Positions 39,124 through 39,825 of a stretch of DNA of 39,825 bases are shown in pieces. The translations under genes were made by a program, and so were the position numbers. Within the stretch, counting starts at the first letter, position 1; every line of letters begins with the position of its first letter. This stretch comes from an uncultured Parvibaculum sp. (GTDB lineage: Bacteria; Pseudomonadota; Alphaproteobacteria; Parvibaculales; Parvibaculaceae): assembly GCA_964560165.1 (NCBI GenBank), contig CAZLLB010000001.1:1-39825 (forward strand). The letters are read 5' to 3'. The notes beneath the pieces were generated by a model. The model ran no database searches. It was not told the DNA's origin and was given only the letters and a program-made list of their open reading frames with translations.

Positions 39124-39825
39124 ATGACCGACAATATCCTCATCATAGATTTCGGCAGTCAGGTGACGCAGTTGATCGCGCGGCGCGTCCGCGAGAGCGG
39201 CGTCTATTGCGAAATCGTTCCCTTCAACAAGGCCGAAGGCCAACTCGAAGCCTTCAAGCCCAAAGGCGTCATCCTTTCCGGCGGCCCCGCCAGCGCTGCC
39301 GGGCTCGATGCGCCCCGCGCGCCAGATTGGGTGTTCACGGCAGGTATCCCGGTCCTCGGCATCTGCTATGGCGAGCAAACCATGTGCGCTCAGCTCGGCG
39401 GTCGCGTCGCGGCCTCCGACGATGAGCGCGAGTTCGGACGCGCCGCGATCAAGGTCATCGAGAACTCGCCGCTGTTCGATGGCATCCTGCAAAAAGGCGA
39501 TGAAGAACCGGTCTGGATGAGCCATGGCGATCGTGTTGTCGCGCTCCCGCAGGGCTTCAAGGCCGTGGCGGTGAGTGGCAACGCTCCCTTCGCGGCCATC
39601 GCTGACGAGAGCCGTCATTTCTACGGCGTCCAGTTTCACCCTGAAGTCGCGCACACGCCGCGCGGGCGCGATCTGCTGCGCAACTTCACGCACAAGATCG
39701 TCGGCTGCAAAGGCGATTGGACCATGGCCGCCTTCAAGGATGTGTAAATCGCCCGCATCCGCAAGCAGGTCGGCAAGGAACGCGTGATCTGCGGCCTCTC
39801 CGGCGGCGTCGATTCCTCCGTCGTC
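39124..39825 (+). pseudogene. guaA: GMP synthase with in-frame stop at 39745-39747 (true pseudogene or sequence error); runs off the window
   Basis: GATase domain (IIDFGSQ, SGGP, GICYG, MSHGD, QFHPE). After TAA the same frame continues [24 protein letters not shown], the ATP-pyrophosphatase PP-loop. Confidence 0.85.

Overview
GC-rich chromosomal segment that looks alphaproteobacterial, judged from the ppx-rlmE-guaB-rsmB-TPR-guaA order and protein style. Left to right: (1) the 3' part of an HpaB/AbfD-family flavoprotein gene followed by a REP-like palindrome; (2) a bacterial alpha-2-macroglobulin (thioester CWEQ) plus pbpC, with an A13 tract inside the macroglobulin gene; (3) an uncharacterised enzyme cluster: PRISE/5beta-reductase-like SDR, PaaG-like crotonase, an internally deleted crotonase remnant, VOC protein, luciferase-like monooxygenase and a lysine-less acetoacetate-decarboxylase-fold protein; (4) a six-gene CDP-sugar operon with a C-methyltransferase, predicting a branched 6-deoxy sugar; (5) fadE plus a CoA transferase, a Tat molybdoenzyme/cytochrome b pair, aguB, an acyl-CoA dehydrogenase, a DEAD-box helicase with a repeat tail, an SDR, a crotonase and a hydrolase; (6) tRNA-Gln(CTG) and housekeeping genes, ending in guaA with an in-frame TAA. 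I found no CRISPR array, integrase or transposase. All family calls come from recognising motifs by eye; no searches were run. The best novelty candidates are the 9.4-14.3 kb enzyme cluster, the C-methyl sugar operon and the possible phase-variable macroglobulin.
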